In this document: piece after piece, positions 9,193-17,375 of the stretch
Numbering within the stretch: position 1 is the stretch's first letter
Layout: each line of letters starts with the position of its first letter
IMG/VR virus record: IMGVR_UViG_3300032331_000527
Location: 1 to 64,000 of that record
DNA: 64,000 bases
Strand: one strand, 5' to 3'
Source: a virus
The notes under the pieces: model-generated
What the model saw: the letters and a program-made list of their open reading frames with translations, nothing else
The model's database searches: none
Told to the model about the DNA's origin: nothing
Made by a program: the position numbers and the translations under genes

Positions 9193-9861
9193 TCACGCAC
9201 CGTACTTGCTACCTTGTTCCGTAGCAATCCAGTATTCTACGTCTCCCGTCTTCGACTTGAAGTGAGAGATACCCTTCGCAGATACACGGACATCATAATC
9301 ACGATTTAAGATCTTGAGATTCTCGATCTTGAAAATCATTCTGTAGTCGACTTCTGCTTTTCCGACTTCGCACATGAAAGTGTTCGAGCCCTCGTTGCGC
9401 GAATCCAGCGCAGCAAGATACGCGATGCCTCCACGTCCGACGAGAGCAAGCTCAGGTAGGCCCAGAACACCCGACGCTCGAAGCGCAGATTGCAAAGAAG
9501 CAGCTTCCAGCACAAACGAGATCTCTGTTGAAGGGAGAGTAATTTCCTTCGCAGGAACTGATTGAATAAGGTCACTCTTAGCATAGCGTAATGTCGTCTT
9601 TGATCTACCGTTGGAGATGACGACTGAGTCAGCACCAAGATTGAGGTCGGGATCTTCGAACATTGATACAGTTGAGATAAACTGCGTCAAGTCGTAGATG
9701 GCAAATTCCTTGTCAAACGATTCTGAGATATTAGCCTTAGCCAATACAGTCTTCTGGGGACTTACGGTCTTTTGGACACTACCCATCTGAAAGATAAGCG
9801 AAGGATTAATCGCGGCAAAGTTCTTAAGGATTTCTGTGGTTTCTTTAGATAGTTTCATCAT
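9193..9861 (-). CDS. gp45: Sliding clamp
   Basis: MKLSKETTEILKNFAAINPS, FAIYDL..F, YWIATE. Confidence 0.95.
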   Translation of the reverse strand: MMKLSKETTEILKNFAAINPSLIFQMGSVQKTVSPQKTVLAKANISESFDKEFAIYDLTQFISTVSMFEDPDLNLGADSVVISNGRSKTTLRYAKSDLIQSVPAKEITLPSTEISFVLEAASLQSALRASGVLGLPELALVGRGGIAYLAALDSRNEGSNTFMCEVGKAEVDYRMIFKIENLKILNRDYDVRVSAKGISHFKSKTGDVEYWIATEQGSKYGA

Positions 9862-9879
9862 GCAAACTCCAATAGCATT

Positions 9880-9908
9880 ATATTATCATAGTATGAACAA
9901 AATGTCAA
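9880..9908 (-). promoter_or_regulatory. Early promoter for gp45
   Basis: TTGACA-N17-TAATAT. Confidence 0.75.
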
Positions 9909-9910
9909 GA

Positions 9911-10777
9911 TCACTTCTTCTTGTTGATCTTATTAGGCATAGACGTCTCATCAGCTGTTGCGCCTGCGCCAATTTGAGCAAGATCTATGAGAGAACCAGC
10001 GAACACATAAGAACCCATGTGCTGGAGCTTCATCCAAGGACAGAGCCAAGTCTTGAGACCAATAGCTTGTGCCTTCTGGCAGAACCAATAATCCTCTGAG
10101 AGATAACGCTTGGATTCTGGATCTACTTCAGCCTGAAACGCCATAAGGATTTCACGAGTGCCGTCGAAATGCTCTGTGCGAACGTGATCAGGCAGATACA
10201 TATACTGAGGATATGCTTCTCGGAACTTCTCCAGAGCAGACCGCTGGATCATCATGAATCCAGTCCCGCTCTCAAGAACTTCTACAGGCTCGTCGAGCGC
10301 GATAGTACCAGTTCCAGCCTTAGGATTGAACACATAGTCGCCAACATAACGCTCAAGGTTCTCGGGATTCTTATCAGCGAAACCCTTGTCGACTGCTCGC
10401 TTAATCTTTTCCCAAGCGATACACTTCTTAGGATAAGCGCCACACACGATATCTTTATCGGATCCTGGAGCAGCGATAACAGACAACGCGATAACGTCGT
10501 TTGGATCAAAGCCAATGTCCGAGTCGATGAACATGAGATGGGTACAATCAGAACGCAAAAATTCGTCCACGAGATAATTTCGTGCACGTGTAATTAGAGA
10601 TTCGTTGAAGAGATAAAAGAAGCGAACATCCATACCATAGTTCGCTGCCATTGACGATAGATCAGCTGTGGACTTGGTATACATTCCTCCGCATTGACCA
10701 CCATACATTGGCGTCGCTACGAAAATCTTTCTTGTTCGCAATTCTTCGATAGATACTGAAACTTCAATTGCTGCCAT
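9911..10777 (-). CDS. GT-A fold glycosyltransferase-like protein
   Basis: VATPMYGG, ESLITRARN, FIDSDI (DxD), GTGFMMI, YLSEDY.FC. Confidence 0.75.
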   Translation of the reverse strand: MAAIEVSVSIEELRTRKIFVATPMYGGQCGGMYTKSTADLSSMAANYGMDVRFFYLFNESLITRARNYLVDEFLRSDCTHLMFIDSDIGFDPNDVIALSVIAAPGSDKDIVCGAYPKKCIAWEKIKRAVDKGFADKNPENLERYVGDYVFNPKAGTGTIALDEPVEVLESGTGFMMIQRSALEKFREAYPQYMYLPDHVRTEHFDGTREILMAFQAEVDPESKRYLSEDYWFCQKAQAIGLKTWLCPWMKLQHMGSYVFAGSLIDLAQIGAGATADETSMPNKINKKK

Positions 10778-10817
10778 GACTACTCCAAATGTTTATTACG
10801 TTATTATATATGTTCGT

Positions 10818-11057
10818 TCAAAGCGATTCTGCAATCTCAGCTTGCTTTTTTTTCCAACGAACAACAGCTTGTTGCTGTTTCATACGACGCTTCATAGACG
10901 GCTTCGTATAATGCTCGCGCTCAGCCAAATCTCGCAAAAGATTTTCTCGCTGAACTTTCTTCTTCAAAATGCGCAAAGCACCGTTCATGTCATTGTTGCG
11001 AACAGTGACGGATAGTCCCTTGAGATGCTCCCAAGGTTCACGATTATCAGTTGACAA
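10818..11057 (-). CDS. rpsU: Phage-encoded ribosomal protein bS21
   Basis: VTVRNNDMNGALRILKKKVQRE..LRDL.EREHYTKPS.KRR; TTG start at 11057 after GGAG. Confidence 0.88.
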   Translation of the reverse strand: MSTDNREPWEHLKGLSVTVRNNDMNGALRILKKKVQRENLLRDLAEREHYTKPSMKRRMKQQQAVVRWKKKQAEIAESL

Positions 11058-11073
11058 TTTAATAAAGCTCCAT

Positions 11074-11108
11074 AAAAAAAGATGAGAGGGGGTCATCCCC
11101 CCTCCCAT
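11074..11108 (-). terminator. Rho-independent terminator
   Basis: GAGGGGG..CCCCCTC stem followed by T7. Confidence 0.75.
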
Positions 11109-11119
11109 TATATAGTCGA

Positions 11120-11386
11120 TTAAGCAGCGCGGCTGTCGAACACTGATCCGCCGAGAACGGCATAAGCAGCAGCAACCATCTTGCGCGAAGGCTTACCGAG
11201 ACGATACTTGGTAACGACTTCACCCTTTGAGTTCTTGCGATCGTTGAGATAAATCGCGAAGCCCTTCTCACGAAGAGAACGGATAGCCTCATGCGGATTG
11301 CCAGTGCCGAAGCGAGCACGGATCTGAGCAACAGTGAACTCTTCGCCGTTCTGAAGAGCAGCGAGAAGCGATTCGGTCTTAGTCAT
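11120..11386 (-). CDS. Winged-helix DNA-binding protein
   Basis: FT..QI.ARFG..NP...I..LR..GF.IY..R pattern. Confidence 0.7.
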   Translation of the reverse strand: MTKTESLLAALQNGEEFTVAQIRARFGTGNPHEAIRSLREKGFAIYLNDRKNSKGEVVTKYRLGKPSRKMVAAAYAVLGGSVFDSRAA

Positions 11387-11418
11387 ATTATATACTCCAT
11401 TGGTGGTTTAGGTTACTC

Positions 11419-12642
11419 TCAGAAAGCAATTTCCTGAGAGTTCTCCGCAGTGGTGGCTGCCGGAGTTTCGGTGACGGGATTGATCGTAGGATCAACCTTG
11501 CTATAGAGGTCCAAGAACGCAGTCTTGGTCTCTTCGTCGAAACGGTTAATGCAAAAGCGAATCGCTTTCATACGATCGCCAAGCATACGATAGGTTTGCG
11601 CGATATGCACGAGGCGACGAGTAGAGATAAGCTCGTCGATAGCGCCTTCGCTGAAAGTCTTGCGAATAATCTCAGACCACACGGTGAGATGCTCAACCAA
11701 TGACTTATCATCTTCAGTCATTGTAGTGTCACTGAGATAATTTGTCAAGATCTTTTTCTCGATCGCGGCAGTAGGATATTCCTGCTCGATGGTAATCGGG
11801 AAACGCTCAAGCCACGCATCGTCGAGCATGGTAGCCGCAACATAGCGTCCATCGTCAGAGCCACGACCCTTCGTGTTAGCAGTGACCATGATATTGAAGC
11901 CAGGAGCTGGTGTAACAATCTCGCCAGTCTTCTTCATGTAATAGGGCTTGCCTTCGAGAATGCCCTGAAGACACATAGCCTTGCCTGGATCAGCACGATC
12001 AGCCTCGTCGATGAGCAGAAGCGCACCGATTTCCATCGCGCGAAGCACTGGGCCTTTCATGAACTTCGTTTCGCCTTCGATAAGACGGAAGCCGCCAATC
12101 AAATCGTCTTCGTCAGTCTCACGAGACATCTGAACACGAATCATCGCACGCTTGGCCTTGGAACAAGCTTGCTCGACCATGAAAGTCTTGCCGTTACCAG
12201 AATGACCAGAGATGAACACAGGGAAGAACTGACCAGAAGCGATAATCTTCTCGATCATCTTGAACTCGCCAAAAGGCACATAGTTCTTGTCTTTGGCAGG
12301 AATCTGCGCATATTCATGCTCCGAAATAGCGTTCGGATTGAACTTCTTGGTCAATGGAGCGTCTTTGCGAATAGGAACGATGTCGGCCGCCATAGCAGCA
12401 ATGGAAGTCGTATCAACCTGAGACTTAGGTGCATTCTGCATTATGGCAGAAGTATCGTGGGTAGGAAGCTTATACACAGCACGCCCAGCACGATACGCAG
12501 GCTTATACAGCCAATGATGATCTGTATTACCAAAGCCATTCGAATCAGCCAGAGCGACCAGCTCTGCGACGGGAACAACAGCTTCAACGCCAAACTGAGC
12601 GATGGCGCACTCGAGGAACTTGATTTGACCAGCCTTCAACAT
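11419..12642 (-). CDS. MoxR/CobS-like AAA+ ATPase
   Basis: GHSGNGKT, EDDLIGGFRL, LLIDEAD, TANTKG.GSDDGRY, ISTRRL. Confidence 0.9.
   Translation of the reverse strand: MLKAGQIKFLECAIAQFGVEAVVPVAELVALADSNGFGNTDHHWLYKPAYRAGRAVYKLPTHDTSAIMQNAPKSQVDTTSIAAMAADIVPIRKDAPLTKKFNPNAISEHEYAQIPAKDKNYVPFGEFKMIEKIIASGQFFPVFISGHSGNGKTFMVEQACSKAKRAMIRVQMSRETDEDDLIGGFRLIEGETKFMKGPVLRAMEIGALLLIDEADRADPGKAMCLQGILEGKPYYMKKTGEIVTPAPGFNIMVTANTKGRGSDDGRYVAATMLDDAWLERFPITIEQEYPTAAIEKKILTNYLSDTTMTEDDKSLVEHLTVWSEIIRKTFSEGAIDELISTRRLVHIAQTYRMLGDRMKAIRFCINRFDEETKTAFLDLYSKVDPTINPVTETPAATTAENSQEIAF
11720..11748 (-). promoter_or_regulatory. Internal early promoter within the AAA+ gene
   Basis: TTGACA-N17-TACAAT. Confidence 0.55.
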
Positions 12643-12668
12643 TGGATTCACCTTTCATCATATAATAT

Positions 12669-12698
12669 ATTGTACCACGATAACGTGGTGATTGTCAA
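12669..12698 (-). promoter_or_regulatory. Early promoter
   Basis: TTGACA-N18-TACAAT. Confidence 0.75.
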
Positions 12699-12853
12699 GA
12701 CTTAATTCGCTCAATCATCGGTTTACCAACAAGCCCGTTGCAGTTCAACACGAGACGCATGAACACGAAAGCGTCTTTGATATAGCGAAACGTGGCTGAC
12801 TCATCAACGAGCAACTTGTCTTCCGCCTTGAGGGTGTAAGTTACCTTGAACAT
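12695..12853 (-). CDS. Small early protein, 52 aa; absent from ORF track
   Basis: MFKVTYTLKAEDKLLVDESATFRYIKDAFVFMRLVLNCNGLVGKPMIERIKS; AAGGAG RBS and own promoter. Confidence 0.75.
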   Translation of the reverse strand: MFKVTYTLKAEDKLLVDESATFRYIKDAFVFMRLVLNCNGLVGKPMIERIKS

Positions 12854-12877
12854 GGCTCTCTCCTTCATCATATGCTA

Positions 12878-12906
12878 AGTATATAGGGCGGGCGGGGAAA
12901 TGTCAA
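12878..12906 (-). promoter_or_regulatory. Early promoter with the -35 inside a 12-bp inverted repeat
   Basis: TTGACA-N17-TATACT; IR GGGCGGGGAAAT/ATTTCCCCGCCC at 12890-12923. Confidence 0.8.
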
Positions 12907-12929
12907 GAACTATTTCCCCGCCCAAATCC

Positions 12930-15263
12930 TCACGCAGCGATCGTCTGAATGAAACGACCTAATACCGCACGAGAAGCTCCACGCTTGTTTTGGGCGGAGA
13001 TAAACGCCCTAGTAAGCTGTCCCTTTTTCATGTCCGAAACTGCATCGAATTTAGCCTGTTGGGCTAAGAGTGAACGTCCGCCCTGAATGAGATAAAACTC
13101 ATCGAAGTTGAGCATACCCTTGACGACGCAGCCTTTTTCCTTCTTCCACTGATTCATCAAGCCATCATGGTCCTTGTTGCAGTAACGATAGCCAATGTGG
13201 CGAACATCGTAAGGACCCCCGACGATATAGAAGCCAACGAACGTGGCGTTCTGAGAAGAACGAACGGTACGAGCATACATACCCGTAATTTCGTGCTGCT
13301 CTTGGAAGTTGATTCTCGTCTGAACACGAGACTCCTCGTCCACGAAAATGCGAGTCGTTTTATCAGTTCTGTGCTGATAGTGAGGCAGAGACGTATGATA
13401 ATGCGTTCCGCGATCGTACGGACGATACGACCAATACGAAGGACAGTTGCTCTCGCCGTCTGTGATGCATACGAAATTCATAATCTGAACGTTCTTTTCC
13501 TTGCGGAACTTCTTCATCAGATCACGAGAAACGAGCAGCGCACAGTTCAATGGTGTACCACCGAGAGAGAAGTATCTCATATCTTTGCCGTATCCGAATC
13601 CATTCTGAACAAGACTCGACGCATTGCTATACCCATTCTTGGTAGCAAATTCATCATCGCCACGCATATTATATTTCTGCGCAGCCAAGAGAAGAGCACC
13701 AGTCATGGTATTGAAGTCCTTGAGAGACATTTTCTCATGGAACATTTCGATGAGACTGAAATCATCCTCAGGGAAAACATAGTCCTTGTTACCGATACGA
13801 CGCTGGATAGCAAGACGCATATCCTTGCGCTTCTGCATCGACAGATGATAGTCCTTATCAGCTTCAGCCATCACGCTCGTGAAGCCATAGACACGATGAG
13901 GAATACCGACACGACGACAGAACATAGTCAAGCAAACAAGCTGGTCAATCGCACCACGAATGCTCGAAGACATAGAACCAGACATGTCCAGAACGACTAC
14001 GAGTCCATGATTCTTGCCAGTAGGCTCAATCGTAAGTCTACGGAAAATGTCGTCGTTGAACTTATAAGAATGAATCTTATTGGTATCAATGACGCCAGTC
14101 TTAGCCTGCTTGCTTCGCGCATACGAAACAGCAGCCTTCTTCATCTCGAACTCCTTCACCATATAGTTAATGGCGTTGTTGTTCTCCGAACGGAACGCAG
14201 TCAGAAGCCTTTGACGATATTCCATCAGCACAGAACGATTGGAAGCACGAGCGAAATCGTGCTCAATCATCTTAATGATAGCCTGATAATCGTATGTGAA
14301 CGGCTCGTATGTAATATCCTTCGGAAAGGAGATATAGCGAAAGTCACGGCCAGTCAGCGACTGATCGAGAAGTTCTTCCATACGATCGTTCATGGCACGA
14401 TCAGTCGTAGCCTCTTCTACTCCATCGAGCGGATCGGACTTACCACCTTTGGTGCCAGGAGAGTTGGCTTCAGAATCGGAATCCTCTTCTTCGCCATCTT
14501 CCTCGGTATCTTCGCTGTCGTCCGACTCATCGCCGTCACCGTAGTCCTCGTCATCAAAGTCGTCGGACTCTTGACCTTCGCCGTCTTCGTCTTCGTCATC
14601 AGCAAGGCTAGTAGATACGTCGCGATTGTCCTCATCTTCTTTCTTGATCTTGGCCCAAGCAAGAAGATCTTCAGACAGCTTAACAACGTCGTCGAACGTG
14701 ATAGTCTGTTCAGCACGGCGGACGAACACACGCTCTTCTTCCGAGAATTTGATACGGATACGAGTACCAAGCTTGAAGTAGAGATTGATACGGTCGATGA
14801 GAGACAGATTATCAACTTCGCGATTAGCCAGCTCAAAGAAATCTTTATCGTGGAGATAGTTGTATCCGTCGATGAAATCCTTGCGCGAGCCAGGAAACTT
14901 GGTCTTGATCTTGCGCTCGATGCGAGCGTCTTCGACCACATTCATGTAGCCTTGGAACGTTTGACCGACACGCTTAGATTCGTGTTCTTTGGTGGCGTTG
15001 TCAATCGCGCCTTTCCAAGCATCGGCTGGAGTTTCCAGCGCATGACCAACTTCGTGGAGCACGAGCATATGATAGAGCGCCTCGCTCATTTCATCCCACA
15101 TAGGCAAGCCAAGGACACGATTCTTCACGTCGAAATAAGCTGTGCGAATGGGTTTATGCTCAACGGTGATGTTCTCGGCCGCAAGCAGCTTGGCGAGCTT
15201 ATCGAGCTCTCCGCCCGGACGGACCATTTTTGTAGATTCAGCCATTGCCTTCTCCTTCATCAT
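12930..15263 (-). CDS. Zincin-motif peptidase + acidic linker + VWA domain protein (CobT-like MoxR partner)
   Basis: HEVGH, NVVEDARIE, D/E-rich linker, DMSGS MIDAS, GGTPL, ITDGE. Confidence 0.85.
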   Translation of the reverse strand: MMKEKAMAESTKMVRPGGELDKLAKLLAAENITVEHKPIRTAYFDVKNRVLGLPMWDEMSEALYHMLVLHEVGHALETPADAWKGAIDNATKEHESKRVGQTFQGYMNVVEDARIERKIKTKFPGSRKDFIDGYNYLHDKDFFELANREVDNLSLIDRINLYFKLGTRIRIKFSEEERVFVRRAEQTITFDDVVKLSEDLLAWAKIKKEDEDNRDVSTSLADDEDEDGEGQESDDFDDEDYGDGDESDDSEDTEEDGEEEDSDSEANSPGTKGGKSDPLDGVEEATTDRAMNDRMEELLDQSLTGRDFRYISFPKDITYEPFTYDYQAIIKMIEHDFARASNRSVLMEYRQRLLTAFRSENNNAINYMVKEFEMKKAAVSYARSKQAKTGVIDTNKIHSYKFNDDIFRRLTIEPTGKNHGLVVVLDMSGSMSSSIRGAIDQLVCLTMFCRRVGIPHRVYGFTSVMAEADKDYHLSMQKRKDMRLAIQRRIGNKDYVFPEDDFSLIEMFHEKMSLKDFNTMTGALLLAAQKYNMRGDDEFATKNGYSNASSLVQNGFGYGKDMRYFSLGGTPLNCALLVSRDLMKKFRKEKNVQIMNFVCITDGESNCPSYWSYRPYDRGTHYHTSLPHYQHRTDKTTRIFVDEESRVQTRINFQEQHEITGMYARTVRSSQNATFVGFYIVGGPYDVRHIGYRYCNKDHDGLMNQWKKEKGCVVKGMLNFDEFYLIQGGRSLLAQQAKFDAVSDMKKGQLTRAFISAQNKRGASRAVLGRFIQTIAA

Positions 15264-15269
15264 TTACTA

Positions 15270-15298
15270 ATGATAGCTGGTTGGCGCTCAGTTGTCAA
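15270..15298 (-). promoter_or_regulatory. Early promoter
   Basis: TTGACA-N17-TATCAT. Confidence 0.75.
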
Positions 15299-15459
15299 GA
15301 CGGATCTTTCGCCATGTTAGTATATAGGAGCAAACACAATACGCCAACGGCAACATAGGCGTTCGTGCCTATTCCGATGAACGTGATACCAGCGATAAGG
15401 CAGAGAAGTTGGAAAAACATCGCGCCAATGATCTTGACGACTTCAGTCTTATCATCCAT
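15295..15459 (-). CDS. Small 2-TM membrane protein, 54 aa; absent from ORF track
   Basis: MDDKTEVVKIIGAMFFQLLCLIAGITFIGIGTNAYVAVGVLCLLLYTNMAKDPS; GAGGAG RBS. Confidence 0.7.
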   Translation of the reverse strand: MDDKTEVVKIIGAMFFQLLCLIAGITFIGIGTNAYVAVGVLCLLLYTNMAKDPS

Positions 15460-15470
15460 GTGCGTTCTCC

Positions 15471-15737
15471 TCAATGCAGTTCAGCGGATGTGTCGTACCA
15501 GTTGCGATTCCAGTCTGTGTCGTTGGCTTCGACATCTTGTAGGCGTTCACAGACTCGGATGAGATAGTCGGCGGCGGACTGGTATCGTAAAGCTTGCGTC
15601 AGAATTCCGTAAGCGCCAATACCAGCACCGGTACGACGGTTGATTTCCTCGCAAACACAAAGCAAGGTATAGCCATCAACGGTCGGATACTTTTCAAGGA
15701 ATTCTGCCACACTTGGTCGGATAGCCACTTTGGCCAT
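15471..15737 (-). CDS. Hypothetical early protein
   Basis: AGGAGG RBS, co-oriented and tightly packed. Confidence 0.7.
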   Translation of the reverse strand: MAKVAIRPSVAEFLEKYPTVDGYTLLCVCEEINRRTGAGIGAYGILTQALRYQSAADYLIRVCERLQDVEANDTDWNRNWYDTSAELH

Positions 15738-15738
15738 T

Positions 15739-15951
15739 TTAGCCTCCTAACATTGCGTCGGACGTGAAGCGAACACTATCGCCAAACTCCTCGGCGATAA
15801 GATAAAAGTCGAAGCTGGCCATTTCCATGATCTCGGTAGGCTCGCCAGCGATGATAGCCTCAGCCTCGGCGCGGGTAGCGGCATAAGCCACGATCTCGGG
15901 TAGCTCGTCGGAACCGTAGTGGCTGCCGTAAACGATGAACTTGCTGGTCAT
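15739..15951 (-). CDS. Hypothetical early protein
   Basis: AGGAG RBS, co-oriented. Confidence 0.7.
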   Translation of the reverse strand: MTSKFIVYGSHYGSDELPEIVAYAATRAEAEAIIAGEPTEIMEMASFDFYLIAEEFGDSVRFTSDAMLGG

Positions 15952-15966
15952 ATTGTTAAGCTCCTG

Positions 15967-16086
15967 TTAGAGACTGAACTCTTCGATCATGCGCTTGGCG
16001 ACGTAGGCAGAACCCATACGAACGCCGACACAGAACGACACGAACGCGACTATAACGATAACGGCGGTGAAAGTGGCGTATTCCAT
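15967..16086 (-). CDS. Small single-TM protein, 39 aa; absent from ORF track
   Basis: MEYATFTAVIVIVAFVSFCVGVRMGSAYVAKRMIEEFSL; GGAG RBS directly below a promoter. Confidence 0.65.
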   Translation of the reverse strand: MEYATFTAVIVIVAFVSFCVGVRMGSAYVAKRMIEEFSL

Positions 16087-16120
16087 ATTGCGAAGCTCCG
16101 TTTTCTAACTCTATTATTTC

Positions 16121-16149
16121 ATTGTAAGGGGCTTTGAACCGATTGTCAA
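16121..16149 (-). promoter_or_regulatory. Early promoter with flanking inverted repeat
   Basis: TTGACA-N17-TACAAT; IR AGGGGCTT/AAGCCCCT. Confidence 0.8.
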
Positions 16150-16535
16150 GCCCCTGCCCAGCTCGTTTGGGCCTCACCGTACTGGCCGGTAACAATATTC
16201 CCGCGAGGGAAATTCAAAGCCGGTGCTTTCCAGCTGGCCGCCTTGGCGATGTCGCCGAAAGCAAAGCCCTTGGTTGGCTCCTTAACGATAAAGGAGTGGA
16301 CTGAGCGGTGCGCGTTCCCGTGGTTGGTGACCACCTTGATGAATTTACGCCCCTCTTCGAAAGTGACCTTAAACTCAGCAATACGCTCTGCAACAGCTTG
16401 TTCGTCGCTATAGGGACTGGCTGAAGCGAAGCGGGCGTAATCAGCCACGATTTCGTCGGCATAGTCCAAAAGGTCGGTATAAAGGGCTTCGAGCTGGTTG
16501 GTAGGCATAAGCGGCTCCTTTCGAGTTATCATCAT
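16146..16535 (-). CDS. Conserved T4-like early hypothetical protein
   Basis: GRKFIKVV..SVHSFI..GDI.KAASWKAPA motif; alternative start at 16508 with AAGGAG. Confidence 0.8.
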   Translation of the reverse strand: MMITRKEPLMPTNQLEALYTDLLDYADEIVADYARFASASPYSDEQAVAERIAEFKVTFEEGRKFIKVVTNHGNAHRSVHSFIVKEPTKGFAFGDIAKAASWKAPALNFPRGNIVTGQYGEAQTSWAGA

Positions 16536-16541
16536 ATTATC

Positions 16542-16570
16542 ATTGTATCACGGTAGGGGGTGATTGTCAA
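16542..16570 (-). promoter_or_regulatory. Early promoter with flanking inverted repeat
   Basis: TTGACA-N17-TACAAT; IR GGTAGGG/CCCTACC. Confidence 0.8.
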
Positions 16571-16591
16571 GGCCCTACCCCAGGAAATCGC

Positions 16592-16680
16592 CAAAAAACT
16601 CTACAAAAAAACTCTAGCAAAAACAGTGACTTACAGTTAAGTCATTGGATTCACTAGAGTATTATTTTTGTATTTTTTTG
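16592..16680. repeat. Long imperfect palindrome with A/T-tract flanks
   Basis: 23-bp arms 16611-16633 and 16638-16660 (18/23 complementary), 4-nt centre; AAAAAACTCTA twice on the left. Confidence 0.75.
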
Positions 16681-16682
16681 TG

Positions 16683-17375
16683 TTACGAAGCTAACGGAGA
16701 TTTTAACGCAATGAACCCCGTAAAGGCGTGATTCTGCCAAAAGGTATCGATCGCGGTAAAGCCCGCCGCGCGGCACATATCGAAAATCTCTTCGCGGGTA
16801 TTGGGCTTGGTCATGTGGCGGAGTTGTCGCTCCTTATCCAAAATGTCGTCCGAGGTAAATGTGCGCCGCTTGTAATCGTAGTAGGTAAAGGTACGCATCT
16901 CATGGACACGAACATTCTCTGGCATCGTCTTCTCAGCGAACACGAAAGCACCGCCAGGATTCAAACCTTGGAACACGCTATTGATCACTCGCGAGCGATC
17001 CTGATGCGACATGAACTGGAGTGTGAAGATTGACGTGACATACGAGCAGTTATAGAAGTGGAAATCGTTGGCGTTGCCTTGATGATAGTCCAGGTTCAAA
17101 TAGTCCTTCGTATCCTGTTCGTATGTGCTCCAGAACGCTTCTTCGATCTCTACGCCCGTGTACTGTGCGTTCGGAGCGAATGTGTTTTGAGCGATCATGT
17201 ATTTAAGCATCTTACCGGTCGAGCAACCGATATCAACGACGCTTGTGTAGTCTTCCACAAAATACTGAGAATAATCTACGACGTCATTCCACATATCATT
17301 ATATCCACGGATGGATGTATCAATGTGCTCGTCGAATCCTTCTTCGCGTGTAGCGAACGTAAACTTACCTGTCAT
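16683..17375 (-). CDS. cmoA: CmoA-like carboxy-S-adenosylmethionine synthase (class I SAM fold)
   Basis: F..HI..SI.GY, VDIGCSTG, FTLQF, L.PGGAFVFAEK, AGF...F.GFIALK parallel E. coli CmoA. Confidence 0.8.
   Translation of the reverse strand: MTGKFTFATREEGFDEHIDTSIRGYNDMWNDVVDYSQYFVEDYTSVVDIGCSTGKMLKYMIAQNTFAPNAQYTGVEIEEAFWSTYEQDTKDYLNLDYHQGNANDFHFYNCSYVTSIFTLQFMSHQDRSRVINSVFQGLNPGGAFVFAEKTMPENVRVHEMRTFTYYDYKRRTFTSDDILDKERQLRHMTKPNTREEIFDMCRAAGFTAIDTFWQNHAFTGFIALKSPLAS

Noticed and set aside
11051-11080. Plus-strand TTGACA near the bS21 start
   Set aside because: No acceptable -10 at 16-18 nt spacing
11058-11108. N-terminal extension of bS21 in the ORF track (MGGGMTPSH...)
   Set aside because: It runs through the terminator hairpin; TTG at 11057 has a proper SD
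13167-15320. 717-aa plus-strand ORF
   Set aside because: Antisense shadow of the VWA-peptidase gene; no RBS, promoter or recognisable motif; explained by codon bias
15956-16195. 79-aa minus-strand ORF in the track
   Set aside because: It spans a promoter and overlaps the upstream gene; the 39-aa ORF 15967..16086 in another frame has the RBS
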